This document shows positions 1 to 9,634 of a stretch of DNA of 64,000 nt, piece by piece. The DNA is from an uncultured Alphaproteobacteria bacterium (GTDB lineage Bacteria; Pseudomonadota; Alphaproteobacteria; HIMB59; GCA-002718135): assembly GCA_902585605.1 (NCBI GenBank), contig CACIED010000003.1, positions 14,881 through 78,880 of the forward strand, read 5' to 3'. The notes beneath the pieces are model-generated. The model searched no databases. It was not told the origin of the DNA and was given only the letters and a program-made list of their open reading frames with translations. Both the position numbers and the translations under genes were made by a program. Position 1 is the stretch's first letter, and each line of letters opens with the position of its first letter.

Positions 1-24
1 ATATAAGTAGTTTTTATAACTGTA

Positions 25-1014
25 ATGAAAAATATAGCATTTATTGGAACCTCTCATATTCATACACCAAATTTTATTTCTAAGGTACTTTCAAACATTA
101 AAATTAATTGTATTGGTGTTTGGGACAAAGACAAGAATAGGTCAAAAAGTGACTCTGAAAAACTAAAATGTAAAAATTATGATAACTATATTGATTTATT
201 GAAAGAACCTAATTTAGATGGTGTTATTGTATGTTCAGAAACTAATTTGCACTATGAATTAGTTAAAAAAATTACTGAGAATAAAAAACACTGTTTTATA
301 GAAAAACCTTTGGGGATAGGAAAAAAAGATTCCTTTGAAATGGCAAATTTAATTGAGTCATCAAAAATTATTTTCCAAACAGGCTATTTCATGAGAAGTA
401 ATCCTGTTTACATAAAGCTTAAAGAATTAATTACTGCCAATTATTTTGGTGATGTTTCAAGAATTCGACTGGTTAATTGTCACGATGGTATTATGAGGGA
501 TATTTTCAAAAACTATCAGTGGATGACAGATCTCAAAGCTGCAGGCGTTGGGGCTTTTGGTGATTTAGGAACACATGTTTTAGATCTTCTCTTGTGGTTT
601 TTTTCTGATGTTGAGTCAGTAAGTGCAACCTTCACAAAAGTATATAATCAATATCCAGGTTGTGAAGAGAGTGGAGAAGCATTAATAAAATTTAAAAGTG
701 GGTTGATAGCTAGTATTGCTGCGGGATGGATAGATGTAGCGCAGCCATACACTATTTTTGTAAGTGGCACAAAAGCTCACGCAAGAACAACGAATGAGCA
801 ATTAATTATAAACGAAAATAAGGAAGGTAAAAAAATAGAAAGAATAGAAGAAAATTTACCAGAAACATTACCACATGCATTTGATTTGTTTCTCAATTCA
901 TTAATTGATAACAATACTAAAAACCTAGTTACTCCTAAAGAAGCAGCATTGAGAAGTAGTATAATGGCATCAATTTACCAATCAGAAAAAGAAAAAAAAT
1001 GGATAAATATCTAA
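25..1014 (+). CDS. Gfo/Idh/MocA family oxidoreductase
   Basis: N-terminal Rossmann-like segment, EKP motif, GAFGDLGTH (DxxxH) catalytic motif. Confidence 0.85.
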   Translation: MKNIAFIGTSHIHTPNFISKVLSNIKINCIGVWDKDKNRSKSDSEKLKCKNYDNYIDLLKEPNLDGVIVCSETNLHYELVKKITENKKHCFIEKPLGIGKKDSFEMANLIESSKIIFQTGYFMRSNPVYIKLKELITANYFGDVSRIRLVNCHDGIMRDIFKNYQWMTDLKAAGVGAFGDLGTHVLDLLLWFFSDVESVSATFTKVYNQYPGCEESGEALIKFKSGLIASIAAGWIDVAQPYTIFVSGTKAHARTTNEQLIINENKEGKKIERIEENLPETLPHAFDLFLNSLIDNNTKNLVTPKEAALRSSIMASIYQSEKEKKWINI

Positions 1015-1030
1015 ATTAAAAAATATAAAT

Positions 1031-2089
1031 ATGAGTAAAATAAAAGTTGGTATTATTGGCGTTGGGGGTATTGCGAAGTTACATGTACCTGGTTGGCGCA
1101 TGTCAGAACATGCAGAATTAATAGCAGGTTCCGATATAAATAATTCTATTCTTGAAGATTGGGGCAATATAAATCAAATAAAAAAATTATATCTTGATCC
1201 CCTAGATATGATTAATGATCCAGATATAGATGTGATAGATATTTGTGCACCTAATAACTATCACTGTGATTTAGCAATTAAAGCAATGCAAGCTGGCAAA
1301 GATGTTTTATGTGAAAAACCCTTAGCTCCAAATGTCTCACAAATAAAAAAAATGATTGAAGTAAGAGATCAAACGAATAAAAAATTAATGTGTGCTCAAC
1401 ACTTTAGATTCAGAAAAGATTCTCAATTAATAAAAGAAGAATCCAATTCAATTGGTTCGATATATCATGCACGTTCTTGGATGCTTAGAAGAAATTTTTT
1501 ACCAGTCTCACTTGGTTTTTTAAAAAAAGAAAATTCAGGAGGAGGGCCTTGTATTGATATAGGGGTGCACGTATTAGATTTAACTCTTTGGTTTATGAAC
1601 AATCCAGAACCACTTTCTGTGACGGGTGTGTCAAAAACAGAATTAGCAAAGCAATCAAATTCTTTTAGTTACAATGGAGAGTACGATAAGGAAGCAATGA
1701 ACGTTGAAGATTTTGCAGCTGCGTTTGTTAGGTTTAAAAATGGTGCAACCTTGATGCTTGAAGTATCATGGATGCTTCATCATAAACTACCTGAAGATAA
1801 AATAGAAGATATGCAGGTATGGTTATACGGAAGAGAAGCTGGTTTGCATTGGCCTAATTGTGAGATTATAAAAAATGATATCAATTCTCAAACTCACATA
1901 ACTAAAAAAATTGAAGGAAATTTAAAAGACACTATTGAACCTCATGCCAAAGAATGTATCGAGTTTGCAGAGTTTGTTGCAAACGATCAACCAGTTACTA
2001 TTCCTGCTGAACACTCTCTACAAGTAATGAAAATTTTAGATGGAATTTATAAAAGTCAAGAAGCAGGAAAAGAAATTATTTTAGAATAA
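1031..2089 (+). CDS. Gfo/Idh/MocA family oxidoreductase
   Basis: GIIGVGGIA, CEKP, GGGPCIDIGVH motifs. Confidence 0.9.
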   Translation: MSKIKVGIIGVGGIAKLHVPGWRMSEHAELIAGSDINNSILEDWGNINQIKKLYLDPLDMINDPDIDVIDICAPNNYHCDLAIKAMQAGKDVLCEKPLAPNVSQIKKMIEVRDQTNKKLMCAQHFRFRKDSQLIKEESNSIGSIYHARSWMLRRNFLPVSLGFLKKENSGGGPCIDIGVHVLDLTLWFMNNPEPLSVTGVSKTELAKQSNSFSYNGEYDKEAMNVEDFAAAFVRFKNGATLMLEVSWMLHHKLPEDKIEDMQVWLYGREAGLHWPNCEIIKNDINSQTHITKKIEGNLKDTIEPHAKECIEFAEFVANDQPVTIPAEHSLQVMKILDGIYKSQEAGKEIILE

Positions 2090-2102
2090 TAGATTATGGT
2101 TA

Positions 2103-3002
2103 ATGAAAAATAATTTATTTTTAGCTGTTATATTATCACTTTCAGGTTTGTTTTTATTAGATTGTATGGGGATTGCGATAAAGTTTTTACGAAACGAATA
2201 TCCAGCAGCTCAACTTTCTGTTTTTAGAAATTTATTTGGAATGATCCCATGTTTTATTGCTTTATATTTTTCACATGATTGGCATCAAAACGGTAGACAA
2301 ATAAAAATAAAGCAATGGAAGTTAGGATTATTCCGTGGAGTATTTGTAGCATTGGCTCAATTATGTCTCTATACTTCTTATGCTTACTTACCTTTTGCTT
2401 TAGTCGCTACCATGGAATACACTGGGCCCATGATGGTCACCCTTCTTGCTATTCCTTTATTAGGTGAAAAATTTGGTTGGTATAAAATGAGTGCAGTAAT
2501 TTCTGGTTTTGTAGGTATCGTTTTAATTATGCAACCTTGGTCATCAGACTTTAATTATATGTTATTACTTCCTATACTTGCTGCTTTTGGATATTCATTA
2601 GCAAGGGTAACATCCTTAAGTTTTGAAGATCATGTTCCTTCACCACTTATCAACTTGTATGGTCAAACAGGGACAATCATAGTTGCATGTATGTTAGTAG
2701 TGTTTTTTGATATGTGGGAAAATTTCAAAAGTATAAATGATTTCTTAGTAGTTTGTGTAATGGGGATTGCAGGAGGATCTGGAACTTTACTTTTAATATA
2801 TGGTGCTAGAAAAGCAGAACTTAGTAAAATTATGCCATTTGATTACATTGAAATATTTTTTGCACTTATTTTAGGTTGGATATTTTTTGCAGAATGGCCA
2901 GTTGATCAACTCTTTCCAGGTACTTTTTTTATAGTTTTAGGTGGATTAATCATTTATCTTCAACAAAGAAAAAATAATTTTCAAAGATTGAGAAAAACAT
3001 AA
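2103..3002 (+). CDS. DMT/EamA family transporter
   Basis: About 10 hydrophobic helices in two EamA repeats (LLGEK, IFFAEWP). Confidence 0.85.
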   Translation: MKNNLFLAVILSLSGLFLLDCMGIAIKFLRNEYPAAQLSVFRNLFGMIPCFIALYFSHDWHQNGRQIKIKQWKLGLFRGVFVALAQLCLYTSYAYLPFALVATMEYTGPMMVTLLAIPLLGEKFGWYKMSAVISGFVGIVLIMQPWSSDFNYMLLLPILAAFGYSLARVTSLSFEDHVPSPLINLYGQTGTIIVACMLVVFFDMWENFKSINDFLVVCVMGIAGGSGTLLLIYGARKAELSKIMPFDYIEIFFALILGWIFFAEWPVDQLFPGTFFIVLGGLIIYLQQRKNNFQRLRKT

Positions 3003-4054
3003 TGGAATACAAAATTACCAAACTCCAAAATGATAAAGGTTTAGATATTGACATAGTTAATATTATTAATTCAAACAATTATAGTTTTAGTTTTTATACA
3101 TATGGTGGTTATATGAGCGAGGTTTGTATCCCAACTTCTTCAAATGTCTCTGAAACAGAGGATGTATTATTAGGTTATGGTAATTTAGATGATTGTCTGG
3201 AAGCCCATGGATATTTTAATTCAATTATTGGAAGAGTTTGTAATAGAATAGGAAACAGTAAATTTACTCTTAATGGGGAAGAATATAATTTATATTCTAA
3301 TACCAAACCTGATCATCTACATGGTGGAGAGGTAGGTTTTAATAAAAAGATTTGGAAAATAGCTGATATTAAAAAAACAAGTGAAAGTATAAAAGTAGAG
3401 CTCACATACCAATCTAAACATTTAGAAGAAAATTATCCAGGCAATTTAAATTGTAAAACTATTTACGAGCTTAATAACAATAACGAAATTCTAATTTCCT
3501 TTAATGCTACTTCTGACCAAGATACTATTGTTAATATGACTAATCATAATTATTGGAATTTCCATGGTCATAAAGATAATTACAAAAATATTACTGAGCA
3601 TGTTGTCAGAATATTATCTAATCAAATTTGTGAAACTGATGAGGGGTCAATTCCTACTGGTAAATTATTAGATGTTGTTAATACAAAATATGATCTTAAT
3701 AATTCATTTGAAATAAATAATACTTTTTTAGAAAGCGGGGGTATCGATCACAATTATGTTCTCAAAGATCATTATATTGATAAATCTATAGCTTCCATCT
3801 ATAGTAACATTACTGGTATGGGAGTTGAATACTCGACTGATCAACCTGGAATACAATTTTATACTGGGAATATGATGAAAGACTCATACGCTGGCAAACA
3901 TAATCGAAAATATGGCTTACAATACGGTATGTGTCTAGAGACTCAAATTTTTCCTGATGCTATTAATCAACCAAATTTTCCATCAACTATTTTAAAAGAA
4001 GGTGAAAAATATAATTCAAATACAAAAATAAAATTAAGAAATGATTTTAAATAA
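3002..4054 (+). CDS. galM: Aldose 1-epimerase (mutarotase)
   Basis: GRVCNRI, HLHGG, NMTNHNYWN, QFYTGN, CLETQ motifs. Confidence 0.9.
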   Translation: MEYKITKLQNDKGLDIDIVNIINSNNYSFSFYTYGGYMSEVCIPTSSNVSETEDVLLGYGNLDDCLEAHGYFNSIIGRVCNRIGNSKFTLNGEEYNLYSNTKPDHLHGGEVGFNKKIWKIADIKKTSESIKVELTYQSKHLEENYPGNLNCKTIYELNNNNEILISFNATSDQDTIVNMTNHNYWNFHGHKDNYKNITEHVVRILSNQICETDEGSIPTGKLLDVVNTKYDLNNSFEINNTFLESGGIDHNYVLKDHYIDKSIASIYSNITGMGVEYSTDQPGIQFYTGNMMKDSYAGKHNRKYGLQYGMCLETQIFPDAINQPNFPSTILKEGEKYNSNTKIKLRNDFK

Positions 4055-4100
4055 ATTAATTTATTGTTTTATAATTTTATATCTATAGACATCTGCATAA

Positions 4101-4601
4101 ATGAAAATCAGTAAAAAAATTATTGATAACTTAAAAAAAGGTGGAGTAGATTTTTATTTAAGTGTCCCGTGTAAGTTACTAGCTAACATGATTGACATTC
4201 TTGAAAATGATAAGGATGTTTATTATTCGGCTGTACCACGAGAGGAAGAAGGTATGGGTATATGTGCCGGAGCTTACTTAGGAAATAAATTTCCATGTAT
4301 AATGATGCAGAATACAGGAATTGGGAATTCAGTTAATGCAATTGTTTCTTTATTACAATTATACCAAATGCCCGTTGTTTTCCTAATTAGTTATAGAGGC
4401 ACACCAGGTGAGCCAGTAGGAGCACAAGGTGGAATGGCTAAAATAACTGAAAATATTTTACAAACTTTAAGAATTCCAATGTTGCATTGTTCTTCTGAAA
4501 AAGATTTAGATAGAATTACAACATTTAGCAAACATGCCAAAGTTGTTGAATCACCAGTTGCTATTTTATGTGATTTTAATTTAATGAAAGATGATAAATG
4601 A
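4101..4601 (+). CDS. comD: Sulfopyruvate decarboxylase alpha subunit
   Basis: SVPC, REEEGMGICAGAYL, MQNTGIGNSVNA; ThDP Pyr domain; overlaps the beta subunit gene (ATGA). Confidence 0.85.
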   Translation: MKISKKIIDNLKKGGVDFYLSVPCKLLANMIDILENDKDVYYSAVPREEEGMGICAGAYLGNKFPCIMMQNTGIGNSVNAIVSLLQLYQMPVVFLISYRGTPGEPVGAQGGMAKITENILQTLRIPMLHCSSEKDLDRITTFSKHAKVVESPVAILCDFNLMKDDK

Positions 4602-5167
4602 ACCGTTTTGAATTGTTAAATAAGATACAAAATATTCTTAAAGATAACTTAGTAATATGTAATATAGGCCTTCCATCTCAAGAATTGTATAAAATTAATG
4701 ATCAGCCAAATTTTTTTTATATGTTGGGTAGTATGGGCTTGTCGTCTTCAATAGGCCTAGGTTTGTCATTGTCTCAAACAAAACAAGTTATTAGTATTGA
4801 TGGTGATGGATCAGTATTAATGAATATGAATACTCTAGCAACTATTGGAAATAGAGCGCCTTCAAATTATACTTTATTAATAATTGATAATGGATCATAT
4901 GGTTCAACTGGAGATCAAAGAACATTCACAGATGAAAATACCTCTTTAAAAGACATTGCACTTGGTGCTGGCTGTAAAAAAGTAATCGAATGCTCAGGGG
5001 AAGAAACTTTAAATGAATTATCAAAAGCTATTGAAGACAAAAATAATTCTTATGTAATTATTTCAAAGATTAATTCAGGCAATGTTAAAATTGATCCTAT
5101 ACCTCTCAATCCCATAACCATAAGAGATAGGTTTAGAAAATTTATTGGTATAGTTAAATATCTATAA
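4598..5167 (+). CDS. comE: Sulfopyruvate decarboxylase beta subunit
   Basis: NIGLPSQEL, FYMLGSMGL, GDGS...DNGSYGSTG ThDP-binding motif; closely resembles archaeal ComE as recalled. Confidence 0.85.
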   Translation: MNRFELLNKIQNILKDNLVICNIGLPSQELYKINDQPNFFYMLGSMGLSSSIGLGLSLSQTKQVISIDGDGSVLMNMNTLATIGNRAPSNYTLLIIDNGSYGSTGDQRTFTDENTSLKDIALGAGCKKVIECSGEETLNELSKAIEDKNNSYVIISKINSGNVKIDPIPLNPITIRDRFRKFIGIVKYL

Positions 5168-5176
5168 AAGCCTTTT

Positions 5177-6085
5177 ATGATCATTTGTGCAGGATCTATA
5201 TTTGCAGACTACATAAGCAAAATAGACAAGTTTCCAAAAAAACCAATTAAGGTTTTATCAAGTGGTATTGATAGAAGACTAGGTGGATCAGCGGCGGTAT
5301 CAGCATTTACTGCTAAAAAATTAGGATTTAACTCAAAGTTTATTGGTAAATTTGGTGATGACGATTCATCAATTTTCTTAAGAAATGAATTTAAAAAATT
5401 TTCTATAAATATTGATAAATCAATTATTATAAAAAATTGTCAATCATCTCAAAGTTTTGTAATTGAAGATACTAAAGGTGAAAGATTGCTGGCAGCTTAT
5501 AATGATCCGAAGTTACTTAAATATAAAAAATTGCCGACTTTAGAGTTTAGAAAAAAGGATATTTATTCAATAGATATGAGATGGATTAATTTAGCTACTA
5601 AAATTGCTATCAACTCTAAGGAAAAAAATATTAAATGTGTTGCTGATTTGGATAACTTTAAAAACTCTTCAAGTATTTCAAAGATCATAAAAAATGCTTC
5701 CCATCCTATATTCTCTGAAGAGGGTTTGAAAACATATAAAAAAAATAAGAATTTTGAATCAGCTCTTTTTCAAATATTTAATGAAACAAAAAAATTCGTA
5801 GCTGTTACTATGGGATCAAGAGGCGTTTATTGGGTAGAAAATAATTCATTATATCACTGTAAAGTTCCTAAAGTAAAAACCGTTGAAACAAATTGTGCAG
5901 GAGATGTTTTTCATGGTGCTTTTGCATCAGCTTTATCACAAAACAACTCAAATTCTGAAAGTATTTTATTTGCTGCTGCAACAGCAACATTAAAGTGTAT
6001 GAAAACGGGTGGAATATACTCAATACCTAAAATGAGTATAGTAAAAAAATTTATAAAAAAATTAAAAATTACAAAAATTAAATGA
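5177..6085 (+). CDS. PfkB/ribokinase-family sugar kinase (candidate sulfofructose kinase, YihV-like)
   Basis: GGSAA, VAVTMGSRG, ETNCAGDVFHGAF PfkB signature; DMRW motif; substrate inferred from context. Confidence 0.8.
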   Translation: MIICAGSIFADYISKIDKFPKKPIKVLSSGIDRRLGGSAAVSAFTAKKLGFNSKFIGKFGDDDSSIFLRNEFKKFSINIDKSIIIKNCQSSQSFVIEDTKGERLLAAYNDPKLLKYKKLPTLEFRKKDIYSIDMRWINLATKIAINSKEKNIKCVADLDNFKNSSSISKIIKNASHPIFSEEGLKTYKKNKNFESALFQIFNETKKFVAVTMGSRGVYWVENNSLYHCKVPKVKTVETNCAGDVFHGAFASALSQNNSNSESILFAAATATLKCMKTGGIYSIPKMSIVKKFIKKLKITKIK

Positions 6086-7017
6086 TAAAAATATTAATTA
6101 CAGAATTTTTAAATCAAGAGGCTTTAAAAAATTTACATCAAGATTTTAACATTACATACAGATCTGAAGCCTGGTCAGATAAAGATTATTTAGAAAAAGA
6201 AATACCTAACTTTGATGGAATTATTGTAAGAAATAAAACAAAACTAGATAAGTTTCTTTTAGAAAAAGCTCTTAAATTAAAATTTATTGGAAGACTTGGT
6301 GTTGGCCTTGATAATATAGATACTGAATATTGCAAAAATAATAATATATTCGTGCAACCTGCAACAGGTATGAATGCTGATTCTGTTGCTGAATATGTAA
6401 TTAATTCATCACTAACGCTTTTAAAAAAAACTACAATTGTAAATGTACAAACTCAAAATGGAAAATGGCCAAGGACTACAATTAATACAATGGAAATAAG
6501 TGGTAAAACATTAGGACTTATAGGATTTGGAAATATATCAAAAAAAGTTCTAAAGCTTGCTAACGCTTTTGACGTTTCAACAATTACATTTGATCCATAT
6601 GTGTCTCTAGAAGAAACAAATTCACATAATGTCAGAAAGGTATCTTTTGAAGAAATTCTTAATTTTGCAGATATCATATCTATTCATGTTCCTCTTAATA
6701 ATGAAACAAAATACATGTTTAATAATGAGTCATTTATTAAAATGAAAAAAAAACCAATAATTATTAATTCTTCAAGAGGAGGTATAATAAACGAAACAGA
6801 CTTACTTAATGCTTATTTTAATAATAATATTTCTGGTTTTGCCTTAGATGTTTTTGAAAGCGAGCCTGTTAATGAAACATTTTTATCAAAGATAACAAAC
6901 GAAATGAATTGTATTCTAACACCACATAATGCAGGAGTAACTGAAGAATCTAATGAAAGGGTTAGTAAATTTATTATAAAAAAAACAAATGAATTTCTTC
7001 AAAATTTTAAAGATTAA
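6082..7017 (+). CDS. slcC: D-2-hydroxyacid dehydrogenase, SlcC-like (S)-sulfolactate dehydrogenase
   Basis: ILITEF, GRLGVGLDNID, PATGMNADSVAEY, GKWPR, TPHNAGVTEESNER resemble SlcC; next to comDE. Confidence 0.7.
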   Translation: MIKILITEFLNQEALKNLHQDFNITYRSEAWSDKDYLEKEIPNFDGIIVRNKTKLDKFLLEKALKLKFIGRLGVGLDNIDTEYCKNNNIFVQPATGMNADSVAEYVINSSLTLLKKTTIVNVQTQNGKWPRTTINTMEISGKTLGLIGFGNISKKVLKLANAFDVSTITFDPYVSLEETNSHNVRKVSFEEILNFADIISIHVPLNNETKYMFNNESFIKMKKKPIIINSSRGGIINETDLLNAYFNNNISGFALDVFESEPVNETFLSKITNEMNCILTPHNAGVTEESNERVSKFIIKKTNEFLQNFKD

Positions 7018-8095
7018 ATTCACTCATTTTAATTACACGATTTTCTTTTATCGATAGTTCTGCTGCTTGACCTATAGCAACGGACATTAAACCATCTTCG
7101 AGTGAAACATCAGGTAGTGTATTATTTTTAATAGCATCATAAAATGCCAAATGTTCAAAATATGTTGATCCATGATGGTGTCCTGCCATTAATATTTTTT
7201 TATCAACTTCCATATCATCAGTCATTATAGTAGAACTATTCCTCATTCCCATTTTTACTTGAGAGATATTTTTACCAGAATCGTGAGATGGAACAAATGC
7301 TTCAATTTTCCCTTTGTCTCCAACAGCTACTACTTCTTCCTGGTATTCAGAATTTTCTGCAAACATACATAAATCTAATAATCCTCTAACACCACTTTGA
7401 AAATCAATTATTACGTATCCATTATCAATAATATCTGGTACTTTACCACTGTATTTTTCATCAAGATGATTCACATCTTGACTGCCGCTTGCAAAAACTT
7501 GTTTAACTTCACTTTGAGTTATAAATCTCATCAAATCAAAAAAATGACAACATTTTTCAACCATTGTACCACCAGTGTTTGAATCAAATCTATTCCAATT
7601 ATCAACTTTTTTAAGAAATGGAAAACGATGTTCACGAATAGATATCATTTTTAATTTACCTAAAGTTTTATTATGAACTCTTTCAATTAATTTTTTAACA
7701 GGTGGCATATATCTGTATTCCATACCTACCCAAATCACTTTTGAATAATCTTTTGAAATTAATTGAAATTTTTTACAATCATCAATGGTTGTGCAAAGTG
7801 GCTTTTCTATTAAAAGATGTTTATTGGTTTTCAAAATTTTTTCTAAAACTTCAATATGAGTAAAATTTGGAGTGGCAATTATATATGCATCTGCATCATC
7901 GTTATTTATTAATTCATCTAAGTCCCTATATGAGTTAAAATCATTCGTAATAAGCGATGAAGATTGGTTTAATGAACCCTCGTTAGGATCACATATTGAT
8001 GTGACTTTAGCGTTATCTAATAAATTAACATTTTTAATATGTTCCTGACCCATAGTTCCTGCGCCAATGATTCCATACTTTATATAACTACTCAT
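7007..8095 (-). CDS. Gfo/Idh/MocA-fold protein, candidate NAD+-dependent sulfoquinovosidase (GH188/SqgA-like)
   Basis: EKPLCTT, EYRYMPPV, IREHRFPFL, NWNRF, GGTMVEKCCHFFDLM, DLCMFAE, HHGSTY: pattern of the bacterial/plant subfamily containing GH188; sulfonate gene context. Confidence 0.75.
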   Translation of the reverse strand: MSSYIKYGIIGAGTMGQEHIKNVNLLDNAKVTSICDPNEGSLNQSSSLITNDFNSYRDLDELINNDDADAYIIATPNFTHIEVLEKILKTNKHLLIEKPLCTTIDDCKKFQLISKDYSKVIWVGMEYRYMPPVKKLIERVHNKTLGKLKMISIREHRFPFLKKVDNWNRFDSNTGGTMVEKCCHFFDLMRFITQSEVKQVFASGSQDVNHLDEKYSGKVPDIIDNGYVIIDFQSGVRGLLDLCMFAENSEYQEEVVAVGDKGKIEAFVPSHDSGKNISQVKMGMRNSSTIMTDDMEVDKKILMAGHHHGSTYFEHLAFYDAIKNNTLPDVSLEDGLMSVAIGQAAELSIKENRVIKMSEFNL

Positions 8096-9465
8096 ATTGT
8101 ATATGTTGGTATTTGTAATTTAGTTCCTAAATTTTGTATATCTTTAAAAATATTTCCGTAAGTAAAAGCTAAATGATGTTCCAATCCACTTAAGAATATT
8201 TTTTTTATTTTTTTATTTGTATCTTTTCCTAAACTCACTACTCCAGAAGTACCGGAGAAAGATTTTTTTCTCTTAATAATTTCCCCTCTTGCTATAAAAA
8301 ATTTTAATTTGTTTTCAGATTTTGAAACTCTGAAGATAGTTATTTTACCTGGTTTTAAAGCAAAGTCATGCAGCAAGGGTTTTCTTCGATTTGAATGTAC
8401 AGTCACATTAGCCTTATTTTTTTCTGCCATACTTATAGGTGCAAGTCCACAATGCCAGAATACTGCAGTGTTGTCTTTTATATCTAAATCAACAATATCT
8501 ACCAGAAGTGAGGGCTTATTATTTAATTGATTTAAAATATTACAACTTAAACTTCCAAGAACATCTGCTTCACATGCAGAACTTATTTTTTTTTCGTTCA
8601 TCATCGCCATTGGAGCACACGAAGCACAACCATATTCAGTAAACATTTCCGGCCAACATCTCACTGCAAAAGCATCAAACTTTTCTTTTTTTTGAATTTT
8701 TTCTAGTCCATGAAATAATGAAATACTTTTTTCAACTTCAATTTGATTAAGATTTTTTAAATCTTTGAAATTTTTTCCAATATTTTTTTTAGTATTTATA
8801 ATTTCATTTTTCTCAATTTTACTAGAAATTTTAAATAATTTTTTTAAACTAATTTTAGAAACATTTGTATGAAGTTTATTTTTTAATTCACTCACTTCAT
8901 AGTCACATGTATCAAAACCATCTGGTCTTTTACCAACTAAAGCTATTTTAGGATTTGAGTAGGTAATCTGTTTAAAATTCTTTCCAGAGTTTTCAATTTT
9001 TTTTAAATAGCTTTTATCTAAATTGTCTTTATTATTAATAAACTCAACTATTTTTTTGTTGAAGTAATTAACTTCTTTATCAAAGATAACAAAATCAGAA
9101 TAAATTTTGTTTTTTATTAATGAATGTAATCCTAAATTAACTCCACAAAGAGAATTTAGTCTTAATCTGCCCCCCGTTCTTTTTTCTTTAAAAGATATAA
9201 AAAAAATTGGTTTTTTAAAAACTTTAGTGAATTTTTTAATAAATTTTGAGTCAGTAAATGTTGACTGAATAATTAAGTATTTCTTACATTTTTTTTGCTT
9301 AAAAAAAGACAATGCTTCTTCACTAATTACATCATTTGTAATTAATTTTTCAAAAAAAATAATGTTATAACTTAATTTTTTTAATCTTTGTTCTACTAAG
9401 CCTATTTTTTCATTTGCAAAATTTACATCAAATGTTTCCCTACCAAGACTAAGACAACCAATCAT
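8092..9465 (-). CDS. L-fucose/L-arabinose isomerase-fold protein, candidate sulfoquinovose isomerase (SqvD/SftI-like)
   Basis: GGRLRLNSLCG, VRCWPE, CEAD, WHCG, FSGTSG, GLEHH motifs; 4-bp overlap with the GH188-like gene. Confidence 0.7.
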   Translation of the reverse strand: MIGCLSLGRETFDVNFANEKIGLVEQRLKKLSYNIIFFEKLITNDVISEEALSFFKQKKCKKYLIIQSTFTDSKFIKKFTKVFKKPIFFISFKEKRTGGRLRLNSLCGVNLGLHSLIKNKIYSDFVIFDKEVNYFNKKIVEFINNKDNLDKSYLKKIENSGKNFKQITYSNPKIALVGKRPDGFDTCDYEVSELKNKLHTNVSKISLKKLFKISSKIEKNEIINTKKNIGKNFKDLKNLNQIEVEKSISLFHGLEKIQKKEKFDAFAVRCWPEMFTEYGCASCAPMAMMNEKKISSACEADVLGSLSCNILNQLNNKPSLLVDIVDLDIKDNTAVFWHCGLAPISMAEKNKANVTVHSNRRKPLLHDFALKPGKITIFRVSKSENKLKFFIARGEIIKRKKSFSGTSGVVSLGKDTNKKIKKIFLSGLEHHLAFTYGNIFKDIQNLGTKLQIPTYTI

Positions 9466-9634
9466 TTAAAGCTTCCTTATACGAAAATATCTTCTTTTTT
9501 TTATGATTATAACACTACCAAGTAAAAAACAAAAAAACAGAATATTTTTCCTTTTTATAATGGCTTTTATTATCAATTTCTCTTGTATAAATATTTACTA
9601 TATGTTTATGTTTAAACATTAAATTGGAGGAATA

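Noticed and set aside
4101-5167. Phosphonate biosynthesis or coenzyme M biosynthesis
   Set aside because: No PEP mutase or comA/comB; neighbours point to sulfonate catabolism
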